Positions 40,651 to 53,800 of a stretch of DNA of 64,000 nt are shown here, piece by piece. The position numbers were made by a program, and so were the translations under genes. A model generated the notes under the pieces. It had not been told where the DNA came from. It searched no databases and saw only the letters and a program-made list of their open reading frames with translations. Source of the DNA: a virus. The DNA is taken from positions 1 through 64,000 of IMG/VR virus record IMGVR_UViG_3300042549_009011; one strand, written 5' to 3'. How positions within the stretch are numbered: position 1 is the first letter of the stretch; the number at the start of each line of letters is the position of its first letter.

Positions 40651-43483
40651 ATGAACAATCAATTTGATCCAGCTAAATACGAAGAAGAAATCTTAAAACA
40701 CGAAAAAAAATCTCCATCTAAAAATTTAGATATTTCTACTTTTGAAGAATTCGAAGTAACTGATGGCAAAAATAGGGACGAAGAAGATATTCAAAAAATT
40801 AAAGATTTAGAAGAAGTTCTTGGTCTTAGACAATTTAACCCTTATGGTACTTTAAATAGAGATATTTTTGAAGAGAAAATTGGAGATATGACAATGACTG
40901 ATATGCAAAATTTAGCCATGCAAATCGGCTTTCCTCCAAGTAGAGATAGACATGCTTTAAAAAAAGGATTGAAGAAAAGTTTTGATACTTTTTTGAAACA
41001 ACATAGTGTTGGAGCAGTCTTTCAACCTCAACCACTTTTTGATCAGAATTCCCCAAATTACAAAGAGACTGTAAGATTATTTGAATGAATGATTTTGGTA
41101 ATTTAGCTTATAAGATTGTTAAATATGAATTCAAGGAAGATGTTTCTCGTTTTCCTATTTCGTATGTATCTGGATGGCTAGAAACAAATCTAGGAGAATT
41201 AAATGGTCTTATCCATGAAGAGTATTCTATTAATGAAAGTGGGAATATTTCTCCTTGTCCTCTTTCTAATATAGAAGAAAATATTTTCTCTTACTTGTAC
41301 CAAATTAATTATTATGATAAAGCAGCAAGAGAATCTTTGAGGGGTATTGTTTGGAGCAATAACAGCGGCGTTGTTGATGATTGGACTTCTATCAAAGAAG
41401 GAGACTCATCTATACAAAGACAAAGCAAAAATTCAATTTCTAGAACTTATATGGAAATCTCTAAGGAGACAAGGAAAAGACTTAATGATTTAATATATCA
41501 ATATAACTCAACAAAATCTTATCCGTTACAAGTTGCTGGCGATGATGGTTATTATTATGAAATTTACAACAATCACTATGACAGATAATGGCATCATTAA
41601 TTTCCAACGCGCAAAAATCATCAATTGATTCTGCTTTAAGTCTTTTGCACGATACCTTTAGTATCGAAATTTATGCTTATATAGAAAAATCAGAAAGCGT
41701 AGTATCTGATTTAAATTATAATGCGGTTTATGGATCTTCAAAGAATCAGAGCATCGCTTCTTTCAATAAAACTTTAATCAAAGAGGCTATACAAGCCAGA
41801 GTTAAATTTTTCACCAATCAAGAAGAAAATACTTTACCAGCAAATTTATCAGAATCAAAAGGTTTAGTTCGCATAAAGATTTCTAAAGAGGATTACGAAA
41901 AAATTAAAATTTGCACAAAAATTCAAATTAGAGAAGCTTTTTACACTGTTGATGGTGATGCTGATATTGAGGGAATATTTTCTGATAATTATTATACCAT
42001 TTATTTGAGGCGTGAAAACTAATTTCTTAAAAGCATCTCAGTTAAAAGTCACATTAAATAAAAAACAATTTCAAAAAGAAGTTTTTGTTGGTGGCGCAAG
42101 CGTTATTACCAGCAAGCTTAGACCAATAATTCAAGAAAGAATTAACGAAGCTCAAAAAGAAATGGTTGAAGAGTTTGAGACTCACCCAGTATCTGTTGAG
42201 ATTTCAGGAGGCAACAACTCAAGCAATACAAGCGGTCTTTTAGGTGGTTATGGAAATCTCTTTTCTTTTATTGGTTTTGAAGACGGACAAACTCCAATTT
42301 CAGAGCTTTCAAATATATTGAAAAAAAATATACCTTTCAAAATAAGAAGAGTAAATGCAAATGGTGGTTATTCAGTGCTTGTTCAAGCCCCTTCAAAAAA
42401 AGAATTAGAAAGCATAGCCCAAGTTTCTTGGATGGGGGGTAGAAGTTGGTTAGATGGAATTGAAAGAAGTATAGCTGGTTTAAACAGATATTTATATGAT
42501 CCACAATATTCTTTAAAGAATTCCAGATCTGGAACTGGTTCTCAGACACAAAACGACATTAGAAGTGTAAGACAAGTAAGAAGCCCATATCTTTCTAAAA
42601 TACTTTCTAATTTTAAAAATAGACTCAATAGACTTTGAAAGCGCAATTTGATCAACAATTAATATCTAGTTTCTACCTTTGGTTTGAAAATCAACTATTG
42701 GCTGATTCTGTTCTTGCTTATCAGACTGGCGTGGCAAACAGCTACCAATATATTGATGCATTTGACGTTCCAGATAACTTTGTGGCATATCAGGGCAAAT
42801 ACAGGCAATTAGTGGCAGACTACGATGTTTCTGTACCTAATTCTGGATTCTTTATAAACAACACATTTATTTCTGGTGGGCAGTCTGGCTTTTATACCGA
42901 TTACAATAATGGAAGAATTATTCTTCCTGCTGCATCTGGACAAAGCTTAAATATTACTTCTACTTCTACAGTAAAAGAAATCAATACTTATTTATCTAAT
43001 GATAGTCCAGAACAAATTCTTATTGAAAGCGATTTCATGGTTAATGGAGAGACTATTCCAAATTTATATAGCCAAAAGAAAAAACTTGATGAAAATATTT
43101 ATATGTTGCCAGCTTGTTTTGTTTTTCCTATAGAATCAGAAAATAAAGAGTTTTCCTTTGGTGGAGAAGAAGAAACTAAAAGTAGAATTAGGGTAATGGT
43201 TTTGGCAGAAGATAATTATACCTTAGATGGAATACTTTCAGTATTTAGAGACTCAGCTAGAAAATGCATTCCAATTATTGATTATGAAGATTTTCCTTAT
43301 GGAGCTTTCTTTTCGATTAAATCATTTCCTTATAGATATTCTCAACTTTCTCAAACATCAATAAAAAAATCTTTTATTGAAAAAACTATGGCTTCTAGAA
43401 TTGCTGCTGGTATACCAGATACTAAAACATTTAGGATTGGATTTTTAGATTTTGATATATCAACTTATCGTTTCCCAAGATAG
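40651..43483 (+). CDS. Head-tail joining/neck/tail-completion genes (40651-41088, 41085-41588, 41588-42022, 42012-42638, 42635-43483)
   Basis: Synteny between MCP and tail tube; typical sizes. Confidence 0.55.
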
Positions 43484-43516
43484 AACGCTTGTGTAATTAA
43501 AAAAAACTAAAAAAAT

Positions 43517-44716
43517 ATGGCTCGCACACGAATTATTTCCCAAAGTAAAGCTCTTTTTGTATCTCCAACAGGGCTTCTTGCAACAAATTATGGCTATGCA
43601 TCTAATACTGGTGCTTTAGCTCCTCAACAACTTCATAGAATTGATACATTTTCATTTGATGTTGACTTGGCTGGAGGAAGACAAGATATCCGTGAATTCG
43701 GTCAGCTTGCTCGTATCGGAACAATTAGAGTTGGAGAAATTACTCCAACTATTTCGTTAGGTTATTATCTTGGTGATGGAGCAAACGAACACAACCTTGG
43801 ATTCAATATTGCAGGTATCAACGGTGCTGGTACAGTTTCGCAATTAATCTCTGGTATTCTTACCCAAGACCCAATTAAAAAAGAAAAAAACTTGTACCTT
43901 TTAACAACTCAAGAAGGAACAGATGCTTTCGCTGCATCTTCTTATACTCCTGCTGCTCGTTCTGGACATGATGTTATTGGATTTGGTAACGCTACTCTTT
44001 CTAATTATTCTTTGAGCCTCGCTGTTGGAGAAATCCCACGTGTGGATGTAGAACTTGAGTGCGGTAATATTCGTTTCTACACTGGAACAAGTTCTGGTAA
44101 TTCTTGTGTAAATCCTGCTCTTATTAGAGAAACTGCTGCTCAACTTGATACTGGTAGATTTGTTATCACTGGCGCAAATACTGGTTTAACTTCAATTGAC
44201 GTTCTACGTCCATCAGACGTAACCGTTTCATTTACCAATAATGCTGCTGGTATCGGCGGTGTTGCTCTTAGCGGTGTCCAAATTCAAAGCGCAACTATTG
44301 AAGTTCCACTTAGTCGTGAAACTCTTGAAAAACTTGGAAGTGAGCTTCCTTATTCAAAACCTCTTGAGTTCCCAATCAATGTTACTTGCAGTATTAATGG
44401 TCTTATCACAGACTTCACAGAAGGTGCGCTTCAAACAATCCTTACTGGATGTGCTGGAGAGTCTAACAATGACATCACGATTAGTGTTGCAAACCGTTGC
44501 GACAGTAGCGATGAAGTTATTCGCTATGTATTCAAGAATGCAGTTCTTGATAGCCAAAACTTCTCTATCGGTCTTGATGACAATGAAACAGTTGATTTGA
44601 CATTCTCTGCTCAAATCGCAGGAGCTACTACCACAAATGCGGGTGTATTCCTTAGCGGTTCCTTCGATGGAGTTGGAATTACTGGAAGAGATAACGAATA
44701 TCCTCGTTTCTTCTAA
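43517..44716 (+). CDS. Major tail tube protein (two-domain)
   Basis: Beta-rich, G/S/T-rich; internally repeated SFxV..RxxIxxxG pattern; terminator follows. Confidence 0.7.
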   Translation: MARTRIISQSKALFVSPTGLLATNYGYASNTGALAPQQLHRIDTFSFDVDLAGGRQDIREFGQLARIGTIRVGEITPTISLGYYLGDGANEHNLGFNIAGINGAGTVSQLISGILTQDPIKKEKNLYLLTTQEGTDAFAASSYTPAARSGHDVIGFGNATLSNYSLSLAVGEIPRVDVELECGNIRFYTGTSSGNSCVNPALIRETAAQLDTGRFVITGANTGLTSIDVLRPSDVTVSFTNNAAGIGGVALSGVQIQSATIEVPLSRETLEKLGSELPYSKPLEFPINVTCSINGLITDFTEGALQTILTGCAGESNNDITISVANRCDSSDEVIRYVFKNAVLDSQNFSIGLDDNETVDLTFSAQIAGATTTNAGVFLSGSFDGVGITGRDNEYPRFF

Positions 44717-44731
44717 TTAGCTTAAAAGTTC

Positions 44732-44764
44732 AAGGGTGGCTGGGAAACCAGTCACCCTTTTTTT
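44732..44764 (+). terminator. Rho-independent terminator
   Basis: AAGGGTGGCTGG-GAAA-CCAGTCACCCTT followed by a T-run. Confidence 0.9.
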
Positions 44765-44778
44765 GTGTAAGATATTGC

Positions 44779-46092
44779 ATGAGCGTTGAAAGAGTAACTT
44801 ATGCAGATTCAAGAGTCTACGTAAATAATATTTTGCTTACTGGCATATCTAGTTGCGAGATTAACGCAACTAGAGAATTCGAATCTTTAAGTTCTCTACT
44901 TTCTTTAAATACAGTAGATAAAATATTAAAATCAGATCAAAAACCACAAGTAACTCTTTCTTGGATTGTTGGAGAAGAATCAAGCGATCCATTCTTTGAT
45001 TTTGAAACTAATGGAATTTTATCTGTTGACAGCTTCACTATTAAAAAAAGAGATATTTTAGGCACTTTAGAAGCAACGGGATGTTTTCTCACTTCTTATT
45101 CTGTAGATGCCTCTGTTGGTTCTTTAATTACTGCAAATGCATCATACGAAGCACTTGGTTACGAATTCACCGATGATGGGAAATTAAATATAGCCGACCA
45201 AACATCAGATTATTATAGAGCTTTTGTGCCTTCTTCAATACAGTTAAGTTCAAACTTTTCAGAAGGAGATATATTCTCATTCCCTATACAAAGTTTTCAA
45301 ATATCAGTTCCGATACAAAGAAAAACAATTAAAAAAGTTGGCGATTTAAATGCTCAGTATAGATATCCAGTATTCCCAGCAGAAGCATCCATATCTTTTT
45401 CTGCAATCAAAAATGAAATTACTGGATTGGATTTCTCTAAAATAGTTTTAGAAAAAGGAAATTTTCAAATAGAAATGTTGGGTTGTGACAATCCATCAAA
45501 AACTTACGTATTAGATAATTGTTCTTTAAATAGTGTTTCTGAATCCATAAGCACTGACGAAAAGGCATTAATTAATTTTGAGTATTCTTCGACTATAATT
45601 GGCAATTCTTTTTTATATTATTAATACATGAAAATCATTTCTCCAATAGAAGAATATTATAGCCTAAAGTTCAATGCGAATATTTTAGTTGATGTTCCAG
45701 ATTCTGGTTTTTCTTTTTATTTTGGCAAAACTGGAGTTTCTGGTTCTTTTTCTACTGGTTTTGGTTTTTATGGTAGTGGGGGAATGATTTTCGATAATTC
45801 TGGAAATTTCTTTGGCGGTTATCATAGCGGTAGGCAAAATCAGATAGAGGGAAATTTATTTGGAAGAAGACTATCTTATTTTTACAATGGATCTTTAATT
45901 AATAACAATTTACCTTCTCAAAAATTTTTCAATGCAGTAGAGTTTGATAAACACAGAAATAGTCAACTAATCTTAGATATTAATTACTTCCAAAAAGAAG
46001 ATACTTATATAAACGTTTATGCAAGTGGGCAAATGGTTCTTTTAGAAAACAATATTCCGATACAAATTCCAGAACAATACGCAAACGATTAA
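44779..46092 (+). CDS. Tube-like minor tail protein (44779-45624) and small tail protein (45628-46092)
   Basis: IQSFQISVPIQRKTIKKVG matches the tube segment IQSATIEVPLSRETLEKLG. Confidence 0.55.
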
Positions 46093-46138
46093 TTGAATTT
46101 TTTAAAAAATTATTTATAATCTACATATAATATAAAGT

Positions 46139-47858
46139 ATGAAAGAAATCTATAGTTTTAATGTCGAAAGAGAAATAGAGTCCTCAAAGCCAGTCATCAA
46201 AAAAACAAAAAATGGCACAATTGAGTCTTTTGAAAAAACAATCAAAAAAGTTAATCATAGAGTGGTATTTTTGAAGCCATCAATGTCTAAAATTGAAGAG
46301 GCAGAATTCTTTTATGGTCAAAAGTTTAACGAGTATATCAATTCTGGCTTTCTTACAAAAGCGATGCTTAACAAGAAGATGGGCGATATTGGAGGTCTTT
46401 CTTCTAAAGTTACGGTAGAGTCTTTACAAAAAGCAATCGTAGACAACATTGAAGCCTCAAGAGTAATTGAATTTTATGGTTCTTCTAAAGATTTAACAGA
46501 AGAACAGCAGAATAAATTAGATGAAGCAAAATTAACTTTTTCCTCAACAAAGAGCCAAGTTACAGATTACGAGCAAGCAATTCGTTCTCAATTTTCACAA
46601 ACAGCAGATGTTAAGTCTGAACAAAAACTTATTGAGTGGCTTATCTTCCACCTTGCTTTTTACGAGGAAGATGTTGATGGCAAAAAAGAATTATTTCCAA
46701 TTTTCGAAGGAGACTCCTTTGAGGATAAAAGATATATGTATTTGGAACTTTGCGAAAAAATTGAGGATATAGAAAATCATAACTTATATAAAGTAAAAGC
46801 TATTTTCGATAAGTCTTTTGAAACTCTTGCTCGCGTTGCCAGTATTTGGTATAATAAAATTGCAGAAAATCAAGAAGATATTGACAAGGCTCTTAAAGAA
46901 ATGTTCTCAAACCAAAGTTCAGATGTTGAAAAACAAAACGAAGATTTAAGTTCTGATAAAGAAGAATCCGTAACAGATGGACAAGAAGGAACAGATAAAG
47001 AAGGCTGAAATAGTTCTTCTTGATATTCTTCGTGGTTACAGCATACTGCAAGCTGAAGAAAAGTGTTTATATTTTAAACACTTTTCTTTGTTGGACTCTT
47101 TAGTATTTGAAGAGGAGTATCACTTATCTTTGGCTTCAGCCAAAAAGTCTGGAATTAAAGATGAGAAGCAAATTATTGATGATGCTGTAAAAAGCAAAAA
47201 ATGGTCTATTCAAAAAGAAGAGCAAATCAAATCTTTAATTTGGACTATAAATAAATTATCCGCTGCTACAAAAAAAATCTCTGATCCTTACCAAAAAAGA
47301 AGTGCCGAAAATAGCGTTAAAGAAAGACAAGAAGAATTACATAAGCTAGAAAAAAATAGATCAGAAATATGCTCTTTTAGTGCAGAATCTTTTGCTCAAA
47401 ATAAGAAGATCAAAAAGATAATAAGCTCTTGTTTATATGAAGATTTAGAGTTTAAAGACAAGATAGATTCAGACTCGATAACATATTATTATAATTCTAT
47501 TTTCTTTGATAAAATATCAGAATTAAATAATCAAAATATTATTTTAACCGCAGCATATAATACTTCTTTTTTTGAAGTATTTTGTTTGAATTATAGAACT
47601 CCACATATTATTTTAAAGAACTCTGGTATGGATATGACTGTCTTTCAGAAAAATTTATTAGTTTATGCAAATGCCTTATTAAATAAGCTAAAAAATACAA
47701 ATATTCCAGAAGCAATAATAGAAGATCCTATCAAAGTTCTTAATTATAAAGAGCAAGAAAACGATAATGGTAAAAAGACAAGCATAGGAACAGAAGACTT
47801 AAAAGAAAAAATGGCTAAAAATGGCGGCAAATTAAATCCAGAAGATTTAATTACTTAG
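46139..47858 (+). CDS. Probable tail assembly chaperones (46139-47008, 46977-47858)
   Basis: Helical charged proteins directly upstream of the tape measure. Confidence 0.5.
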
Positions 47859-47872
47859 TGTAAATAAAGTAA

Positions 47873-50800
47873 ATGGCTAAAAGCGCAATAGATGTAAGTT
47901 TAAACATGACTCTGAATGCTCAGAGTTTAAACGCTGCTACAAAAGAGGTAAGACAATCTCTTGGTAGAATAACTGGCAATGCATCTGAATTCCAAAAATC
48001 TCTTGATGCTTCTACTGCGCGTGTTTTCGCTTTCGGAGCTTCTACTTTTGTTATTGAAGGAGTAAAACAAGCATTTAGTGCTTTAGTATCAACTACTATT
48101 GAAGTTGAAAAAAGGCTTATTGAAATTAAATCTATTTTTGGTGGAACTGCTAATGAGTTTAATCAATTTAGAGAGTCTATTTTCCAAGTTGCGAAAAATA
48201 CTGGTCAATCTTTTTCTGTTGTAGCTGATGCGGCAGCAGAATTTGCTCGTCAAGGTCTTGATGCGGCAGAGACAGCAAAAAGACTAGAGGCTGCTCTTAT
48301 TTTAACAAGAGTGTCTGGTCTTGATTCAGTTAAGGCTGTTAGCGCTTTAACGGCTGCAATTAACGGATTTAGTTCTGCTGGATTAAGTGCTGCACAGATT
48401 ACGAATAAATTGATTGCAGTTGATACAAAGTTTGCCGTTTCTGCGAAAGACTTGGCAGAAGGATTTAGTCGTGCTGGTTCTACAGCAGAAGATGCTGGCG
48501 TTAGCTTTGACGAGCTTCTAGGCATCATTACAGCGGTTCAGCAAACGACTTCCCGTGGTGGCGCTGTTATTGGTAACGCCTTAAAATCAATTTTCACAAG
48601 ATTAAGCAGAAGCTCTACAATTGAAGACCTTCAAGGTCTTGGTGTTGCTATTGATTCTTCTCAAACTGGTATCCAAAAACTACAAGCACTTTCTAATGCT
48701 TTGGATCAAATTAGCGATCCATCAAAAGCTTCTCAAATCAAAGAGCTTGCTGGTGGTGTTTATCAAATCAACATTGTTAGTGCGGCTCTTAAAGATTTAT
48801 CAAAAGAAACCTCTATCTTCTCACGTGCTACCGCTATTTCTGCTGGAGCGACAAATGAGGCTTTGCAAAAAAATAATGATTTAAATAAATCGTTAGCTGC
48901 TCAATTAAATTCTTTAGTTATAGGTTTTACTAATTTAGCAGAAAAAATTGGACAAATTACATTTGCACCATTGCTTGGTACTCTTGCTGGATTAGCAACT
49001 AAAGTATCAGATTTCTTTAACGAAGCTTTAGACCCAGAAAAAGGAAATGCATTTGTTCAAGGTTTATTAAAAAGTATTGGATCATTTTTAAGTGGCCCTG
49101 GGCTTGTCCTTATTACTACAGCTTTTTTAAAGATTATAACTCTTGTAGCTAGATATGCAAAAGAAGGATTTGCTTCTATTTTATCTATTGGCACACAAAC
49201 AGAAAAATTAAAAAGCATTCAAGAAGGTCTTGTTAATAGTTTAATTAATGATAAGAAATTTAGAGAAGACATTCTAAGCTCCACTTTAACTTTAGAGCAA
49301 AAACAAAAAGCAGTTGGAGATGCTATTGCTAGAGAAAATGCTTTGTTAAGAGAACAACAAGCAATTCTAACTACTTTATCTAAACAAGCGTTAAATCTTG
49401 GAGTATCTGGATTTAGTAAGGAAAAAGGATTTACAGGAAAATCTGGTAAGCCTATTGCAGCAAGAGGTTATATTCCAAATTACGCGGCTTCCGCTCAAGA
49501 GACAATGATGGAAACATCTGCGGCTAGAGAGCATGGATATAAAGCAGGAAAGGTTTATAATACAAGATTATATGATGGAACTGGAGGTTCTTTTAAATCT
49601 ACCGTAAATAGCGCGGAGACAATCAAAACAGTAAGAGGTCCAAATGGTAAATTAGGCACTTATGTTATTCCTCCTAATGGTTTTGCTGGTAAAGGATTTG
49701 TTCCTAATTATGTAGGACCAGCAGCCGCGATTAGAGCGGCTGGTATTAAATCGCTTAATGATTTAGAAAAATATAGGGTAGCTGGAAAGAACTCGTTTCA
49801 GATAGGTGGAACAATAATTCCTCTTTCTCAAGCTAAAAATGTTTTAGGTAGAACTTCAACTCAAGAAACAAACGCAAGAGGTCAAGAAAGACTTATTATG
49901 GATGGCGGTCAATTTGGCATGCTTATACCAAACATTAAAGCTCTAGGATCTGTCAATCAGTTTCTAGGAACATTAGACACTTCAAAAGGAAAAGTCCCAT
50001 ATAATTTAAGTAACTTAGCTATTAGAGGTCCACAAGTACCCAATGCAGTTGATCAAGCGGCAAATCCAGATGATGAAAAATTAAAAGAGAGTATTTATAA
50101 AACTGTTTCTAATAAAGCTGCTAGTTTCGCTAATCTTTTAAGAGGTCAAAAAGTTTCTTCTTCTGATATAAGATCTTCTTTAGAGCAAAATAGTGGAGCT
50201 ATTGGAGCTTTAAATTCAGCAGTAGGAGCAGCTTTTGAATCTGCCGTTTTATCTGCATATCCATCTCAATTTTTTGATAAACAGGCAAATAAAATTGGTG
50301 GAGACTTTGATTTAAGAAATCCATCAGAAGACGTAAGAACTTTATTTGCTTTAGACGCAGCAAGAACAAAGTTAGATTTCAAAGCATCTGATTCAAAGTT
50401 CTCTAAAGATAGTATGGCTAAAAAGATTTATAATGAAAATTATAAAAACAAAGTGCCTTCTACTTTAGGAAAAAGAGGTGCTGCTAGTGGTTTTATTCCT
50501 AATTTTGCTGTTGATCTTAACAAGTCTCAAGATTATGTTAAAAATCAAAGAAAGAGAAACTTTAAAGCTTCAACATATAGAAAAGCTACTGGAACAATAG
50601 GTTCTTTGTTTAAATCATTACCAGAGAAATTTTTTGCTGACGGTGTTCTAGGGGATGGAGCGCAGGGACTAGAGACAAATGGTATATTTAATTTAATTAA
50701 ACAAAATGCATTATACGGTGCATCGTTTGCTGGTCCAAAAGCAATAAAATTTGTAACTGAGGCTGAAAAATATGGATTAAAAGTAGAAAAATCTTTAAAA

Positions 50801-53800
50801 GACAAACTCGCAAAATTAGTTGTTAAGGGAGCTTCAAAAATGAAGGGATTTGCTGGAGGCTTCCTCCCCAACTTCGCCAATCCACTACAAGATGCCTTGG
50901 GTCGCGAAATGGCTGCTGGTGTTCCTGCTTCACAAATTTATGTTGATTCTTCTGCAAGACTTCGTAATTCTAACAATCCTATGGGATTGATGGTGGCAAA
51001 CTCTATTGACGAGCCAAAAGGCGGTTATCAAGGAATCAATAGAGCCGTTAAAGAAGGAAAAAATCCTAGAAAATATGGTGCTGCTGGTGGATTTGTTCCA
51101 AATTATGCGAAGGGAGGTTCGGGATTATCTGGTGGTATTGGTAATTTACAGATTGCATTTTTTGCATTATCTACCGTTTCAAATACTCTTTTGGCTTCGA
51201 ATAACGAATTAAATGATACTATACAAAAAGTTATTACAGGACTTTCTACATTACTTATTTTACAATCTTTAGCTTCGCCATTAAAAGGTGTGGTTGGTAC
51301 ATTTACAAAGTTTCCAAAATTATTTTCTTCATTAGGGAAAAATATTTCGAAATTTGGATTACTAAAAGCTCCAATTGCAGCGCTTTCAGCACCGCTATTA
51401 GGTTTGGTAGCAGTCGCAGGTACACTTTTAGCTATTGGAATTACTTTCAAAACTCTTCAAAGTAAAATTAATAAAAGCTTAGAAGAATCTCTAAACATCA
51501 ATAAACGAGTTGCCTCAGAAAGAAAAAAAAGAATATCAGAAGGAGAAATTGCTTTGCGAGGAACTGGTGCATCAGATACATCTGGAATTGTAGAAAGATC
51601 AAATCAAGAAGTAGATAGAGTAAAAAAATTAAATGATTTGCAAGTTGAGCTTGATAAAACTGGAAGCGGTTTTATTGATAGCTTTTTAGAATCAGGCATC
51701 CTTTTTACTGATATTAAATTCGATGCAACCGCTTCTACTCAAGCAAAACGAAAAGAAATTCAAAAGAAAATAGAAGAATTAGAAAAACAAGGAGAAGAAA
51801 CTTGGGGACAATATTCTAATGATATTGATGCAATTAAAAAAGCACAAATAAAATTACAAAAAAATAACGAACAAGTTCAACAAATAGCATTACAGAAAAC
51901 ATCTTCTGGAAGATATGCTTCCAGTATTTTGGGTGTTGCTAGTCAGTTAAAAACAGACAAATCTTCTTTAGAGGCTAAAAGATCTGGCTTGACAGAAGAA
52001 TTACAAACTTCAAAGAAATCTGCTACAAAAGACGAAACTGTTGAAGAGAAAAACAAACGATTAAAAAATGAATCTAGAATAAAAGAAGAAATTTCTTCTT
52101 TAGACAAGGATATTAAAGCTACTTCAAGCGCTTTGGCAGATAGCTTTAATCAATTTAATCAAGTTATAGAATACTCTTCGGAAAATTATGACAAAGCATT
52201 TGAAGATGCTATATCTTCTTTTAAAAAATCTGCTTCTTTGTTATCTTCTACTTTAGAAGAAACTGCAAAATTTCTAATGCAAAGAGGTCAATCTTTAGAT
52301 ATCGCTTCTTCATTAACACCAGCTTCTGGAAAGTCTTCAGAAATTTTAGCCAAACAACTTCAAATAGCTTCTGGAAAAAATCAAGCACAAACATCTAGAA
52401 ATGAATTCAAACAATCTATACTTGATTTTGGAAAAAATTTAAATAATTTAGATGTATTAAAAGTATCAAATGCCCCTCAAGAAGAAAGGGAAAGACAAAT
52501 AGCAGAATTTAAGAGTTTAAACGCAAGAATAAAACCAGATTCAACAGTTGGAGAAGACGGATTGACTGTAAAGCAAAGATCTGAAGTAGAGAGAAGTTTC
52601 GCTAGTAATAAAGCTAGTGCTGAAGGTTTTTCTTTGCTGCAAGGATCAGAGGATATTAAAAAATTAGAAAAAGATTTAACAACTGGAAAATTTGACCAAA
52701 ATATTTTTAATGACTTTTTCTCAGGAGGAGAAAAGGCTTTAAAAGATACTCTACAAAAATCATTTTCTTCTGTAGATTTCGAAAAAGATCAAGGAAAAGA
52801 ATTGTTTAATAAAGCCAAAGAAAGCGCCATCGCTTATAGAGACAACTTAATAAAAGGATATACTGAAGCAAGAAATATACAAACTCAAATTAATAATGAT
52901 ATCAAGGCTAATGGTTTAGAATTAGTTGCGGCACAAAAACAAGCTCTTTCAGAATTGCCTAATGTATTAAAACAAATAAGGGAAGGTGAAAAAGTAGATC
53001 CAACTGCTTTATTCAATAAGTTTCAGGAAGCAGCTAAATTATTAAAAACAGGAGATCCTAAAGATGCTAGAAAAGCTAATGAAATTTTAGCATCAACAAG
53101 TGGAGAATCAGAAAGATTTAAAGCTCTTTTTGGGCAACAAGCTTTAGAGGGAATTCAACAAAGATCTGGATTAACACCAGATATTATATCAAAATCTGTT
53201 AGCACAGCAAGTTTAGATAAAATAGATTATAGCAGTATTGAAGATATTATTAGGACAAAATTTTCAGTTGGATCAGATGAAGCTTTAAGAAGCTTGAATA
53301 AAGTTAAAGTAGATCCAACAAAATTACAAGATTTCCTTAATACTATTAATAGAATTACTTCTGGTGGAAGTGCAAAATTAAAAGAAGCTGGAGCAGATAT
53401 AACTGGAAGTTTAGGGGGACTTTCTAAAGGGAAAATTGGTGCGCCAAGTGTTAGAGAAGTAAATCAATCATTAAGAAGCGAATTATCTTCTGCTTCAAAA
53501 GAACAACTGGTTGGGCTTGATAGCACTTTAAAAGCTTTTGTTAAAGATAGCAGTAATGTAGAAATATTTAAAAAGCTAGAAGAACAACTTAAACAAACAT
53601 TAGGTGCAGAAAAAGGATCTAAATTTGCTTCTGCATACAAAGATGCAACTAAACAAGGAGAATTTACTGGCGAAGATGCAGAAGTCAGCAAATTAACCGA
53701 AAAAAGAAACCAGTTAGCGGTTGAAATAGATGCAGTAAATAAACAAGTCCAAGATTTTAAAACAGCATTCGATAAAACAAAAATCACAGCTTCAATAGAT

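Noticed and set aside
46977-47008. Programmed frameshift between tail chaperones
   Set aside because: No clear slippery heptamer in the overlap, and the second ORF has its own ATG
43517-47858. Contractile tail sheath
   Set aside because: No sheath-sized gene with sheath motifs near the tube in this window
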